DNA of 64,000 nt from positions 13,826,001 to 13,890,000 of the forward strand of contig NC_086119.1 of NCBI RefSeq assembly GCF_963921235.1. The letters run 5' to 3'. Origin of the DNA: Mobula hypostoma. Lineage: Eukaryota. Each line of letters opens with the position of its first letter. Position 1 is the stretch's first letter. A program made the position numbers and the translations under genes. Under the pieces are notes generated by a model. That model did no database searches, was not told where the DNA came from, and saw only the letters and a program-made list of their open reading frames with translations. This document shows positions 11,790-25,839 of this stretch, piece by piece.

Positions 11790-13135
11790 AACTATAGGCC
11801 AGTTAGCCTAACCTCAGTGGTTGGGAAAGCGTTGGAGTCTATTATTAAGGATAAAGTTTTGGGGTAGTTGGAGACTAATGGTAAAATAAGTCAGTGGTTT
11901 CTGTTAAAGGGAAATCTTGCCTAACAAATCTGATTGAATTTTTCGAGGAATTAACAAGCAGGGTGGACAAAGGAGAGGCAGTGGATGTCATTTACTTGGA
12001 TTTTCAGAAGGCATTTGATAAAGTGAGGCTATTTAAGGAGATAAAATCCCATGGTGTTACAGGAAGGATACTGGCATGGATAGAGGAAAGGCTGGTGGGC
12101 AGGAGGCAGCGAGTGGGAATAAAAGGAGCCTTTTCTGGTTGTCTGCCAGTGACTAGTGGTGTTCCTCAGGGGACATATTGGGACCGCGACTTTTCACAGT
12201 GTTTGTCAGTGATTTAGATAGTGGAATTGATGGCTATGTGGCAAAGTTTGCAATTGATATGAAGATAGGTGGAGGGATAGGTAGTTCTGAGGAAGCAATG
12301 CAATTGCAGCAGGACTTAGACAAATTGAAAGAATGGGCGAAAACAGTGATGGGAAAGGTATGATAATGCATTTTGGTAAAAGGAACAAAAGTGTTCACTA
12401 TTGTCTAAATGGGGAGAAGATTCAAACATCAGAGGTGCAGAGGGACTTGGGAGTCCTCGTGCAAGACTCCCAGAAGGTTAATTCACAGGTTGAGTCTGTG
12501 GTAAAGAAGGCAAATGCAATGTTGGCATTTATTTCAAGGGGAATAGAATATCAAAGCAATGAGATAATGCTGAGGCTTTACAAGGCACTAATCAGACCAC
12601 ACTTGGAATATTGTCAACAGTTTTGGGCCCCTTATCTCAGAAAGGATGTATTGTCATTGGGAGAGTCCAGAGGAGGTTCGCCTGTACTCACTGGAATTTA
12701 GAAGAATGCGTGGGAATCTCATTGAAACCTACCATAATGTATAGTAGTAGAATTAGGCCATTCGGCCCATTGAGTCTGCTCCACCACTTCATCATGGCTA
12801 ATCCAATTTTCCTCTCAGCCCTAATCTCCTGCCTTCTCCCTGTATCCCTTCATACCCTGATCAATCAAGAATCTATCAAACTCTGCCTTATATATACATA
12901 AAGACTTGGCCTCCACAGATACCTGTGACAAAGAATTCCACAGATTCACCACGCTCTAGCTAAAGAAATTCCTCCTCATCCCTTTTCTAAAAGAACATCC
13001 CTCTATCCTGAGGCTGTGTCCTCTAGTCTTGGACTCCCCCACCATAGGAAACGTCCTCCCCACATCCACTATATCAAGGCCTTTCACCGTTCGATAGGTT
13101 TCAATTAGGTCTACCCGCATTCTTCTTAATTCTAG
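11790..13135. mobile_element. CR1 LINE RT fragment (+, to ~12735) abutting a CR1 3' end (-)
   Basis: KSCLTNLIEFFE, YLDFQKAFDKV, SGVPQG, KFAID and RPHLEYC motifs with frameshifts. Confidence 0.88.
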
Positions 13136-13153
13136 AATGTCAAGTATATTATA

Positions 13154-13400
13154 TCAAATTCTACGAAAATTACCTGTATTCTTAAGGAACTGCACTATAT
13201 ATTTAATAATTTTGTAATTCTTTCTGCAAAATATTGTTAATGTTAAATTGTCTTTTAATCCATGATAACTTTAAAATCCGCTCTCTCTTGGTTGTATTTT
13301 GAACACCTCAGCAGTACATGCTCAAACATTTCTTGACGGTTACAATACTCTCACCTCCCATTATTGTGTTTTTCACCAATGTACTATTTAACCCTGTTTT
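13154..13400 (-). mobile_element. Nimb/I-clade LINE ORF2 C-terminal remnant
   Basis: Hand translation gives KHNNGR*EYCNRQEMFEHVLLRCSKYNQER (CCHC knuckle, first Cys now a stop) and terminal FLKNTGNFRRI*. Confidence 0.6.
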
Positions 13401-14559
13401 TACTCATTGACTCCTCCGACAAGGTTTTGATGTATTTGCGCGCCATTTATTTCTTCCTGGTTTTGGAAATGGCCGGCATGGTTTTCCCAAGACCACTCCT
13501 GTTCTGCACAGGCTTGGCGGGATTGTCCCCAGAGGCTTCAGAATCGTGCACCTGTGCACAGAAGCAGAAATTCCAGCAAGATGGCCACCTACCGGGTGGC
13601 AAGGGGTGAGACTCAGAGCGAGAAGTGGGAGATCTTAGCGCAGTCTGTTTGTGACTGTCTGTTCACTTCCAGAGAACAAAAGAGATACAACTGCAAATTG
13701 TTAGCTGATAATTGATTGGTTAAATAGTCAACTGACAGCAGCCAATAAAAAGAAGTTAGGGTCACGCGGAGTGGCAGTTGTTGGAGTGGTCATTGCTAGA
13801 GTGGGGGAAGCTAAGGTTTTTGATCAAGAGGCTTCAGCAGGAAGCGGTAGCGAGTGGAGAAGGTGACACATTCTTTCTTATTGCACAGTTAAAATTCAAA
13901 AGTTTCAAAGTACATTTATTATCGAAGTACGTATACAGTATACAACGGTGAGATTCGTCTTCCCACAGACAGCCAAGAAATAAAGAAAACTATGGAACCC
14001 ATTCAACAAAAATATCAAACACTCAAAGTGCAAAAAAAAGAACAAATTGCGCCATCGGCAGTTAGAAGCTAGGTCAAAACAATATTGTTGGCCAAAGAGC
14101 TTGTACTGTGCTATACCGTTCTGTTCTGTAGCCCATCTTGCCTTTATTCTGCCATGCTGAATGACACCTTGTACAATAAGATGGGCCCTTGACCTGACTA
14201 CCTCTCTCATCTGTGACTGTGACTATTCATTCTGCATTCTGTTATTGCTTTTCCCTTTGTACTCCCTCAATGTACTGATGTAATGAAATGATCCGTAGGC
14301 TTGGCATGAAAAACAAAGTTGTTCACAATCATAAGCTGATTTCGCAAACCACTCTGTAATTTCTCCTCTGATAGAACGAGCAAACAAAGTGATTCTCTCA
14401 GAAACAAGTCTCTGCGGATAGGTTGGAAATACCCATTTTTATTCATTGTATTTAGAGACACGGCATAGAGCAGACCGTTCCAGGACCATTGAGCCGCAAT
14501 GCCTAGCAACCCATCTACTTGACCTCAGCCTAATCACAGGACAGTTTACGGTGGCCAGT

Positions 14560-16110
14560 TACAAACAGGAGGAAGTCTGCAGGTGCTGGAAATCCAAAGC
14601 AACACACACAAGACTGGAGCAACTCAGCAGGCCGGGCAGCGTCTCAGACCCCTCCTCAGGACTGAGACGGAAGGGGGAGGGCGCAGGGTAAAAAGGTGGG
14701 GGTAGAGGGGAAAGAGGCTGGTTGGAAGGTGATAGACAAAGCTAGGTGGGAGAGAAAGGTCAAGGGCTGGAGAAGAAGGAATCTAATAGCAGAAGAGAGT
14801 GGACAATAGGAGAAATGGAAGGAGGAGGGGAATTGGGAGGAAGTAATAGGTAGGTGGCCAAGAGGTTAAGGCATTGGACTAGCGACCTGAAGGTCATGAG
14901 TTCGAGCCCCAGCCAAGGCAACGTGTTGTGTCCTTGAGCAAGGCACTTAATCACACATTGCTCTGTGACGACACTGGTGCCAAGCTGTATGGGTCCTAAT
15001 GCCCTTCCCTTGGACAACATCGGTGTCGTGGAGAGGGGAGACTTGCAGCATGGGCAACTGCTGGTCTTCCATACAACCTTGCCCAGGCCTGCGCCCTGGA
15101 GAGTGAAGACTTTCCAGGCGCAGATCCATGGTCTCGCAAGACTAACGGATGCCTGTACTAATAGGCGGGTGAAAAGAAGTAAAAGGTTAGAACGAGGGAT
15201 AGAGGAAAGGGGGTTGGGGGGTGAATTTGTTTACTGAAAGGAGAAATCTATATTCATGCTTCAGGCTGGAGTCTACCCAGTTGGAATATAAGGTGTTGTT
15301 CCTTAACCCTGAGGGTGGCCTCATCATGGAACAAGAGAACGCTGTGAACTGACGTGTCAGAACAGGAATGGGATTAGTTAGATTTCAATGTTTGGCCAGT
15401 GGGAAATCCTGCTTATGTCAGGAAGTGCGGAGGTGCTCGACGAAGCAGTCCTCCAATTTACGACGGGTCTCACCGATGTAGAGGAGGCCGCATCGGGAGC
15501 ACCGGACACAAAAGACGACTCCAGCAGATTCGCAGGTGAAGTGCTGCCTCACCTGGTAGGACTGGTTGGGGCCCTGAATGGAGGCGAGGGAGGAGGTGTA
15601 GCATTTAGGCCACTTGCAAGGGTAAGTACCTGGAGGGAGATTAGTGGGCAGGGACGAATGGACAAGGGAACTGCAGAGGGAGTGATCCCTGTGGAAAGTG
15701 GAGGCGGGGGGAAGTAAAGATGTGCTTAGTGGTAAAATCCCTTTGGAGATGGCAGACATTGCGGAGGATAATGTGTTGCAGAGTCTGGAGGGGTGGTAGG
15801 TAAGGAGAAGAGGAACTCCTATCACTATTGAGGTGGCAGGAAGATGGGGTGAGCGTGGATGTATGGGAAATGGGGGCGATGCAGGTGAGGGCAGCATCAA
15901 TAGTAGAGGGAGGGAAACCCCATTCTTTAAAGAAAGAGGACACCTCCTGGAATGGAAAGCCACATCCTGGGAACTGATGCAGTAGGGGCAAAGAAACTGA
16001 GGGAAAAATAGCATTTTTATAGGAGATAGGGAGGGAAGAGGTATAGTCAAGATACCTGTGGGCATCAGTAGGTTTATAAAAGACGTCAGTTGACAGTTTG
16101 TCTCCACAAT
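14560..16110 (-). mobile_element. Older PLE (RT thumb, GIY-YIG and 3' region) interrupted by a SINE
   Basis: LSTDVFYKPTDAHRYLDYTSS and VFCVRCSRCGLLYIGETRRKL in ORFs 15641-16252 and 15418-16221. Confidence 0.88.
14853..15158 (+). mobile_element. tRNA-head SINE nested in the PLE
   Basis: Same family as 10522-10824; imperfect TSD taatagg(ta/cg)ggtg. Confidence 0.85.
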
Positions 16111-16450
16111 GTTGAAAGGTGGATGTGGAGAGGATGTTTCCTGTGGTGGGGTATCCAGAACTAGAGGGCACAGCCTCAAAATTGATTGGCGCCCTTTTAG
16201 AACAGGAATCTTTTTGGCCAAAGGGTGGTGAATCTGTGAAATGCTCTGTCACAGACTATGTTGGAGGCCAAGTCCATGGGTATATTTAAAGCGGAAGTTG
16301 ATAGATTCCTGATTGGTCAGGGCCTCGAGAGATATGGTGAGAGGGCAGGTGTACGGGGTCAGTGGGATCTGGGATCAGCCATGATGAAATGATGGAGTGG
16401 ACTCGATGGAATGGATGAATGGCCTAATTCTGTTCCTATGTCTTATGTCT
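16110..16450 (+). mobile_element. CR1 3' end
   Basis: SRTRGHSLK-like coding tail plus ggcctaattctg..cctatgtcttatg terminus. Confidence 0.75.
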
Positions 16451-17794
16451 TATAGACAAGGCTCTCATCCTAAATACTAGTAAGTCATTCCCGATCCAGA
16501 TCTAGGATAACTATACCCTTTCGTTTCGGGAATCGTTACGGTGATACCCTAAGTTGGGAATCCTGTGATTTTTTTTAATTGATTACTGTAAGTAATTGGT
16601 AAAAAAAACTACAGGAGACACCAACTCTTAATGGAGAGGATGAAAGTAGAGACTTTTCTGAAGGAATCTGTCCCACAGCTGATCAGAGCAGTGCTTCAGA
16701 TATCTGGCTATCTCCTTGTCTGAAGCTGATGACTCAGAGGTGACTAGGAGGGAGGGGTAGAGTCACTAAACTTGAGCTTTATATTTGGTACATTAATTTG
16801 CTCGTTTGTTTGTTTGTTTATTCATTTAGTGATGTAGTGCAGAACAGGCCCTTCCAGCCCAACGAGTTGCAGTGCCCAGCCACCCCTCTGTTTAACACTA
16901 GTCTAATCACAGGACAACTTACAATGACTAGTTAACTCACTAATCCTAACTGTATGTCTTTGGAATGTGGACAGAAACTGGAGCACTTGGAGAAAACCAC
17001 GTCGTTCACAGGGAAAACGTACAAGCTCCTTAGAGACAGCACCAGAATTAAACTTTGAATTCTGGAACGCCCCGAGACGGAATAGTGACACTAACCATAC
17101 ACTACCATGGCGTTTATTATAATAGTTCAACCATTTGACAGATTTGTGGCAGGAAATATAGTGAATCGAAAGGTTCTTAAGACATTGTGTTTGAACCTTA
17201 AGAGAAAAATCATCACAACTGCCTGTCAGATTATCGTGAATTACTTTTAACCCTCTATGTGTATGTTTTACATTTAACAGTATAATACTTTGTAATCGGA
17301 AGCAAACTCTAAGCATTGGGAACTGAGTGACAGGTACAGTTTGTCTTGCTCAGTGGGTATTGCACTTGATAAGTTTATTGGCTTTCATCCTCAGTGGTAT
17401 ATCTTTCATGCCACTTACAAATATTTTGTGAAGAAGGTAGCTCTGCTGTTCAAAATATGGGAACTGTTAACGACAGAAATATCGTCATTCCCTTTGCCTT
17501 TTCCTCCCTGTACTGTGAACGTTACTGTAAGGAGTACAGTTGGTGTCTTCGGTTTAATTTGGAGAATCAGCACAGTAACAGGCTCTTCAGATCAAATCAG
17601 CCCACGCCCATGTGACCAATTAACCTACTAACCTGTACATCCTTGGTGGTGGAGAGATCATCAAAACTCTTTAGACACAGCGGCAGAATTCAACCCGGTG
17701 CTATAATAGTGTTACGCTGACTTCTACGCTACTGTGCCGCACAATATTGGTTTTACCAGTCATACCAAACTTAATAACGTAATTCCCTGTTTAA

Positions 17795-18410
17795 AAGTTG
17801 GTGAGTTTGAGTCCCACTCCAAAGCTTGAGCTTGAATATGACTGACACCCCAGTGCAGTACAGAGGGAGTGCTGCACTACCAGAGGTACCTTTCATTTAT
17901 TAAACTATGGCCTTAACGCTGTCCTGGTTGTTACATTTGCCCAGAGCAAGAACAACAACAGAGCGGTAGGATTTAACATTTGTACTGAGTCATGTTGGCA
18001 CTGTACACACTGGGTAACTTACAGAGCGGGAGTTACAAACCAAGCTTGCCGAGACAGAAAACATGCACACTGGAAAGCCCATCACCAGAAGGGAGAGTGT
18101 CTGCATCACGTAGGAGGCTCAAATGATCAACCGGCTGCCTGCGCCTCGCCATATTCTCACAATCAATCCAATACGGTTCACTGCCGCCTTAATGTATCCT
18201 GTGGCTTCCTTTCAAAGAAAGTCAGGGCAATTAATCTCAGTCAATATTCATCTCTAGCAACCTTTGCAGAAAGAAAGATAATCCCATGGCTGTTTGTGAG
18301 GACTTGCTGTGCCCAGATCTGCTGCTCTGATCCCGACATAACAACATTATAAGCATTTCAGTATCTCTGAAGTACGCTGAAATCTCAAGAGGTCATGAGA
18401 GATGGCTTGG
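17795..18410 (+). mobile_element. Ancient DeuSINE (SacSINE1/AmnSINE1-like) split by a ~300-bp insert
   Basis: ccactcc...gacaccccagtgcagtacagagggagtgctgcact at 17810-17880 and Deu-domain-like gctgtttgtgaggacttgctgtgc at ~18290; recognised from recalled consensus. Confidence 0.55.
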
Positions 18411-19163
18411 TGTAATTTTCTTTAGCTCTGCACTTTCTCACAGTTAATTCTGAAGTCTATACAGCATGTGTATGTAAAGTAAATTTACATGTGCTCCAGT
18501 TTCCTCCCACAGTGCAAAGATGTACTGGCTGGTAGGTTAATTGGTCATCGTAAATTATCTCGTAATTAGGTTAGGGTAAAGTCGGGTGGTGCATCTCAGA
18601 AGGGCCTATTCCACGCTGTATCTCAATAAATAAATAAGAAATAAATTCAGCGTGTGTGTTATCGTGGGCATACAAATACATCACAAACTCTATGGCAGCC
18701 TCAAACATTAAACCCTATCATCTTAAAAGATCAAAGTTCAAAGTAAATTTGTTATCAAAGTACATATATATCATCATATACTACTCAGAGATTCATTTTC
18801 TTGAGAACATTAACAGTAGATGCAGCAAAATACAATAGAATCAATGAAAAACTACACACAAACAACCAATGTGCAAAAGAAGACCAAAATGTGGAAATGT
18901 AAAAGAAACAAAAAATGAATAAATAAGTAATCAGCAGTATTGAGAATTTAAAAAATCTTGGTTAAAAGACAAGTGAGATGTAATAAATAATATTGAGAAC
19001 TGATAAGTAACCTCAGTTAAAAGGCAACTGGTGCAGAACCTCTTCGGTATACTGTGATATTTCTTTTATTATTTGAAGTTGATGTCTTGAATAATTTTTA
19101 AGTACACACCATAGAGAGACAGAATTTATAAAATAATGCTTTCTACATTCTCTTTATCTACAG

Positions 19164-19414
19164 GAAGTTGTCCATGGATCAGAATACCAGCCATCGTGTA
19201 CTCCACACATGTGGCTACAACAGTCATTTCAATCCTTGGACATATTCTGTTTAACGATTTCTCAAAATCAACATATCCAGGACCAAATACTCTCTCAGAG
19301 CGTTTATCACTCTTAGCTATATATAGTCCCTATTTACTCATCCCCGTTATGATTCTGCTAACAATGCTTTACAGCCAACGGTATAATTCCTTCAATGAAA
19401 AGAAGAGGCAATAA
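19164..19414 (+). CDS. TMEM97: TMEM97 coding exon 3 (terminal)
   Basis: Acceptor tctttatctacag, phase 1; GSCPWIRIPAIVYSTHVATT...IYSPYLLIP...EKKRQ*; total CDS 516 nt = 171 aa; C-terminal KKxx ER-retrieval motif. Confidence 0.96.
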
Positions 19415-21179
19415 CAGTTTCCACAACCATTCAGAGAATCATTTTCCATTTTCCCAGTGAAATTCGGGCCATCACTACTTTATAATTTTACTTAATTACA
19501 ACACAAAGTCTTCAAGCAATTTTACTACAGAATTATATGTCAGAGTGGATTAGGATATTCATTAAAAAAAACTTCTTTCATGAAAGAGCAGCCCCCTTTT
19601 TAATAGCACTTTCAGGTAAAGTTATCAGCCCAAGGATCACAACAATAGACTGGCTTATAAATAAGGTGCAGATGTGTGGGAAGTCTAAAATAAAAGCAGA
19701 AAATCCTAGAGATGCCCTGCAGTCCAGACAACATCTATGGAAAGAGAAACAGAGTGAATGTTTCAGAGTTCAAAGTAAATTTATTATCAAAGTATATATA
19801 TATATAATCAATGAAAGACCACACCAACAGAGCAGACAACCAATGTGCAAAAGGCAATAAACTCTGCAAATACAAAAAAAAAGAAAAAATGAAATAATAA
19901 ATAAACAAGTAAGCAATAACTATTGAGAACATATGATGAAGACTCCTTGAAAAGGAGTCTATAGGTTGTGGGAACAGTTCAGTGATGGGGGCGAGTGAAG
20001 TTATCCCCTTTGGTTCAAGAGCCTGATGGTTGAGGGACAATACCACTTCCTGAACCTGGTGGTGTGCCTCCTGAGGCTCCTGTAACTTCTCTCTGATGGC
20101 AGCAAGTTGGAGACCCTTAATCAGAACTGGGAGAGAGAGAAATCAAAATGGTGATTCTAAGATACAAGAAAGGGGGCTGGAAGGGATGGACAGGACAAAG
20201 AAAATAACTGATAAAGTGAAGTCAGATCAAAAAGGGGAAGGTAATGATAATTTTTGCCTGGGTTTCTGTCACTGGCGGGACAGTAATATCTGCACAGCAG
20301 ATCAGGTTTTAACAACTGATAGAGAAATTCAAACTAATTCTGCTGTAATTTATATATTTGTGATATTGACTGTGTTTTTCTTTCTTTACTAATGTGACCT
20401 GAGATGTTGGGCAGCCTTGTATTCACAACACATAACACAAAGGCTAATCACCTAGATACCCCTTCAACCATTTGACCGCGTCTACCCCAAATATCTCCTT
20501 TGTCCGGGCCCTCTTGTCTGTCACAGTAGCACGGTGATTACCACATTGTTTTACAGCGCCAGCACTAGCAATCACGAATCGAGGTTCAATTCCTACTGCC
20601 GTCGGTAAGCAGTGTGTCCCTTCCCTTTGTGGCCGTGTGGGATTCCTCCGGGTGCTCCAGTGTCCTTCCACATTCCAGAGACGCACAATTACGGTTAGCA
20701 AGCTGTAGGTTTGCTATGCTGATGCCGGAAGTGTGGCGACACTTCCCTGAAAATGCAACTGTTTCTCTTCCCACAGGTGATGAGTCTTTCCAGCATTCCC
20801 TGTTAATAAACTAACGAGAGCAGTTTTCTGCTTTGCCCTCTTTTTCCATAACGACCTTCAGTGATGTATTTTTATAAGAAAATAAGTCTTGTATACAATG
20901 GGATCAAATGCAAAGTCAGTGGACTTTTGTCCAATCCATTTTCTTTTCCGTTACCTTCCTGCGCCACCACCAACCACTCTGCTTACCCTTCCAATCCCTT
21001 TCTCTTGCTCTTTTATTTGGAAGCAGGGAATAACGTACAAAGTTTGCCCCTCATCAGCTGAGCAAGTGGTCTATCAATGGCAAGTGGCCTCAGGGTCCAC
21101 ATTGATGGACAAATTAATGGCAACAGCAGTTCAAAAGTATCAGGCTGAAGAGAGTAATAATCTGTGATCTTCTAATTTC

Positions 21180-21760
21180 AAGTTCAGTTGATTGTCATTC
21201 AGCCGTGCACATGTACACCGCCAAACGAAACAGCATTCCTCCGGACCAAGGTGCACAACACAGTACATATAACTCACACACAATATTACCACAAATAGTG
21301 AGGTGTATATACAAGTTTAAAAGAAAACAGTGTAACGCTACTGGCACTTCATATATGATGAGACCTGTGTGTTCAGTAGTCTTACAGCTTGGGAAGAAGC
21401 TGTTTCCCACCCTAACAGTTCTTGCCCTAATGCTATGGCACCTCCTCCCTGGTGGTAGGGAATCAAAGGAATCAAAGAGATAGCTGGATGGATGGGAAGG
21501 AAACATTGTCAATGCTAAGGGCCCTGTGTATGCAGCATTCCTGGTAACTATCTCTCATGGGTGGAAGACAGACCCCAATGATTCTCCCAGTAGTCCTCAC
21601 AATCCTTTGTATGGGTTTGCAGTCAGACGGCGATGTAGTTGGCCAGAACACTTTCGATTGTGCTCCTGTAAAAAATTCATTAAAATGGAGGTCAGGGGAA
21701 GCCTCACTCATCTCAATCTCCTCAGGAAGTGGAGACGCTGCTGTGTTTTCTTGATCAATA
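21180..21760 (-). mobile_element. Rex1/Babar-type LINE 3' fragment
   Basis: HPSSYLFDSFDSLPPGRRCHSIRARTVRVGNSFFP resembles the Rex1 ORF C-terminus. Confidence 0.7.
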
Positions 21761-22187
21761 TTTATCAGTGAGATAATAGTCCACAGTCACACTTTGGAAA
21801 GTTGGAACAACTTTCCAAATGTCTAAATCCTATAGATCAAACGGAAACATAGTAACACACTCAGCTACATCGATTTACAGGATGATTTCCCGAATGTTCA
21901 TGTTAGGCTCACTGGTTAGACCATTTCTGTAGGTATACGGGTCTTCGTAACTGTCCTCAATTCTTGTGCCAAGTATTGCAGAATTGTAAGTAAAGAGAGC
22001 CATTCAAACTCTGTCCTAAATTGCTCTTCAGAATGTTGACTGTTCACCTATAACATCTGATTTCCTGCATGGATTCTCTTTTCCATTTGGTTTTAACTGC
22101 ATGCAATTATGTTAGGATCAAAATGTTGCTGTAACTAGACAATAGAACAGTACGTATTCTTCATTTATGTATGCATTCACGTGAGTA

Positions 22188-22738
22188 CACTCAGTGGCCA
22201 CTTTATTGGGTACACCTTTATTGCTACTCATTCATGCAAATATCTAATCAGCCAATCATATGGCAGCTGCCAAATGCATAAAAGCATGCAAACATGGTCA
22301 AGAGGTTCAGTTGTTGTTCAGACCAACCATCAGAATTGGAAGAAGTGTCATCTATATGACCTTGACTGTGGAATGATTGATGGTACCACACATGGTGGTT
22401 TGAGTATCTCAAAAACTGCTGATTTTCTCACACTCCAGTTCCTGGAGTTTACAGAGAATGGCACAAAAAACAAAAACTCCAATGAGCAGCAGTTCTGCGG
22501 GCAAAAATGCCCTGTTAATGAGAGGTTGGAGGAGAATGACCAGACTGTTCAAGCTCACATGAAGGTGACTAACTAAAATAACTGCAGATTACAACATGGG
22601 TGTGTAGAAGAGCATCTCTGAATGCACGACATGTCAAAGATAGAAGTGGATAGGCTACAGCAGCAAAAGACCATGAACATACTCTTAGTGGCCACTTTAT
22701 TATGTACAGGAAATACCTAATAAAGTAGCCACTGAATG
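22188..22738 (+). mobile_element. Internally deleted Tc1-like DNA transposon
   Basis: TA-flanked TIRs CACTCAGTGGCCACTTTATT..GTA / TACCTAATAAAGTAGCCACTGAATG; remnant transposase N-terminus (GMIDGTTHGGLSISKTAD); extra internal TIR copy at ~22680-22706. Confidence 0.85.
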
Positions 22739-22954
22739 TATACACAAACTAAGTAGCTTGTCAAGTAAGTTTATTTTGCATTGTTACAAATCATTTTGGT
22801 AGATGCACTTTCAGTAAACTTATTTTCCTTTTATTGATTGAGAAAATATTTTGTATTTAATTCTAGAATGATGCTTTTTTCACTGTTGTGACAAGTTCCT
22901 ATGGAATAATCTTCATTAAACCAGTAAATGATAAATGTAAAATATGATTGCAAA

Positions 22955-23860
22955 ATGTAAACTGCTTGAGGTACCCGGCAGGTCAGGGAGTCTCTGTGGA
23001 GGCAGAGGAATGGTTGATGTTTTGGGTTGAGACCCAGCATCAGGACTGAGAGTCTTGAGGGGAAATCGCCAGTGTAATGGAGTAAGAGGGAGGACTGAGG
23101 CAAGGTAGAACCAGGTAAGGGTGGGGGTGAGGGAGGGTGACAGGCAGATGGAGCCAGGTGTGGGAGAGGGGAAAGGGACCAAGTGTGAGACAGCAGCCAA
23201 TGGCTGATAGGTGGAGACAATATGAGCAGAGGGAAAACAGGGTATGAACAGCTTTGTGGACTGAAGGGCCTGTATTGTGCTGTATGTTTTCTATGTAACA
23301 TTGAACTTCTCAGTTTCAAGCATCCAATTTCATGTTCCTTCCTCCTGCCCAAGTTGTTTCACTCCAGCTTTCCTTACCCAGTTTCCTTCTCCCTCACCTG
23401 TTTCCACCTGCCTATCACCGAACACGTCTCTTATCCCTTCCACAACCGGTTCCATCTGCCCATCATCTCCCACTTAACAGATTGCAGCGTCTGCCTCTGT
23501 CCACCTTCTCCCTTCCCTCCCCCATACCTGGCTCCATCTGTCTGCCACCCCCTCCCCTCCTTACCTAATTCCACCTACCACCCTCACCCTGTTTTTTATC
23601 TTATCTGCATCGAAATATCACTACCAGCCACTTCCCATCTCCACGCCTGCCCCTCTTGTCTCCATCTGCCTATCATCCCCCTTCTCATCAACCAGACCCT
23701 CCTCACAGGTCTTTATTCTGGCTACCGCCCCCCTACAGTTTCATTTGGGATGAAGGGTCCCATATCCCTCTGCTTTCATAGATGCTGCCTGACCTGTTGA
23801 GTTCCTCTAAGTTTTTTTTAAGCTCCAGCTTTCAACTGCTTCAGTATTTTGTGTCTCTAA
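22955..23860. mobile_element. Old inverted pair of PLE 3' regions
   Basis: Minus arm 22955-23230 and plus arm ~23310-23860 with decayed hammerhead and terminal motifs. Confidence 0.55.
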
Positions 23861-25407
23861 TTGCACACTTTAGGTTGTTAGGTTAAGGAAATACACTTTT
23901 ATTTAGGAAATTTTTAAAATAATCATTGCACATATAAAGCCAAAATAATTATGATATTTCCAGCAGATTAAGTAACTAAGATCATATGATTAAAAGATCC
24001 TCCTGTTATTTATTTATGGGAAGGAAGCAACACAGGCAATGATTGCCTTTATATTATACCCTTAATTGCTGTGAAATGGATCTCTTTTTGAAATTTTACA
24101 TTTACTATAGTGTTACTTTGGGAATTATACAACTGTTTTTGATCTAGCAAATATTAGGTGGGTTACTCTCCGGTCAGGAATCCTGGGGGTGTAATCAAAG
24201 TAAGAATAATGGAGTTGAAATCTAATTTGGGAAGTAGATACATACTGAAGCACTTGGAAGAGTATTGTTCCAACTCCCAGTTCAAACAGATCAGACTGAA
24301 CTAAAATTTATTACACAACTGGAACCTGGCATTTTCCTGCTTCAGTTTCTTATATTCATACATTTAAAAATGTATAAATTTGTATGAATATGAGAAACCG
24401 AAGCAGGAAGATGGAGGTTGAGCAAGCAAGCTGCAAAATGTAGGTCTATTCCATGGAATCCTAAAAGCCCCAACTTGATGAAAGGCAAGGCACTGTTCCT
24501 TGGGCTTATGTTGAAATAGTGGAAAAGGCAACAACTAGAGAGGTTGGAGCAAGTGGAGAATTAATGTGACAGGAAACTGGAAGCTCAGGATCATCCCAGC
24601 TGAATTAACGGAGTTGTTCTGCAACACAATCACCCAGTGTGTTTGGTTTCTCCAGCACACAGTAACCACATTGTGAATGCCAAGTGCAGTACTAGATTGA
24701 AAAAGCAAGTGAACTGCTCCTTCTTCTGTTTGGGGCAGCACGGCAGCGTAGCTGTTAGCGCAATGCTTTACAGCACCAGCTGTAAGATCAGGATTCGACT
24801 CCTGCCACTGTCTGTAAAGAGCTTGTACTTTCTCTCTGTGACCATGAGGGTTTTCTCCAGGTGCATTTCAAAGATGTACGGTTAGGACTAGTGAGTTGTG
24901 GCTATGCTCTGTGGTTCAATGAGCGTGCTGTCACTTACGAGCTGCCCAACACAATCCTCACTGATTTGATTTGATGCAAACGTCGTATTTTACTGTTTCG
25001 ATGTACACGTGACAAATATAGCTAATCTTTATCTCCGGGTCCTGGACCAGTTAGACTGCAGTCAGATACGGGCCAATTTGGGCAAAGACAACAGATTTCC
25101 TTTCCCGAAGACAATCGGTGAAGCAGATGTTACTTTATAAATGAAAACTGGTAACAAAATGGATATTATTACTACAGGTTTTAAAAGAAATCCAGATTCA
25201 AGGTCACATTATTAATTTGAACAGAAAATTATTGGTTCAAGTTGATGTGTGCATTATTTTCTCTTTCCATGTTTACAGTAACAAGATGTAGAACAAGCCA
25301 TTATTTTGACTGGTATCCACTGCAAACACGCTCTTTAGTAATGCTCACTGCATCAAAGTCAGAAACAGTTTTGATGGGTAAACCACAGACTGAAACATTA
25401 TACATTA

Positions 25408-25471
25408 TTTATTAATAGTCATAAAGGACAGCTAATAAACAAGATCATATACATTGCAAGATTGATTTATT
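25408..25471 (-). terminator. Candidate IFT20 poly(A) signals
   Basis: AATAAA on the minus strand at 25466-25471 and 25408-25413, about 290-350 nt after the stop codon. Confidence 0.45.
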
Positions 25472-25757
25472 AGCTATAACATAAAATATACAAAGTATTT
25501 ACATAATTAGCTTGCAGAAATTGTATCTGATAAAGTGTATTTCAACATTGTGCAGTAAAAATTGCTGATACAGTCCAAATGACTACATATAAATCTGCAT
25601 TATAGAAATATATGCTTTATATCCACTGAAATAGCAATTCAAAAATGCAGTGTGTGTGTGTAAAGTCACTGTGTTGATGGAATGGCATAATGGAATAATC
25701 ACTGAAATCTCTGCATTGTTGTGACATATACTTCTCACTTTAGTGTCTCTCCTCATG

Positions 25758-25839
25758 TCATTTCTGAAGAATAAATTGGTCAATGAACTCATTCTGTTCA
25801 GCTTCTACCTTTGACAGGGCATCATATTCAATCCGATAT
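25758..25839 (-). CDS. IFT20: IFT20 coding exon 4 (terminal)
   Basis: Acceptor ttttttgtag; (R)[26 protein letters not shown] ending TGA; total CDS 393 nt = 130 aa. Confidence 0.96.

Noticed and set aside
13571-13592. CTCF site ccagcaagatggcc
   Set aside because: Poor fit to the CTCF consensus, closer to a YY1 core, and located among LINE remnants; not supportable alone.
19561-19694. TMEM97 poly(A) signal (ATTAAA 19561, AATAAA 19689)
   Set aside because: AT-rich context with several candidates, one inside a repeat remnant; cannot be chosen without transcript data.
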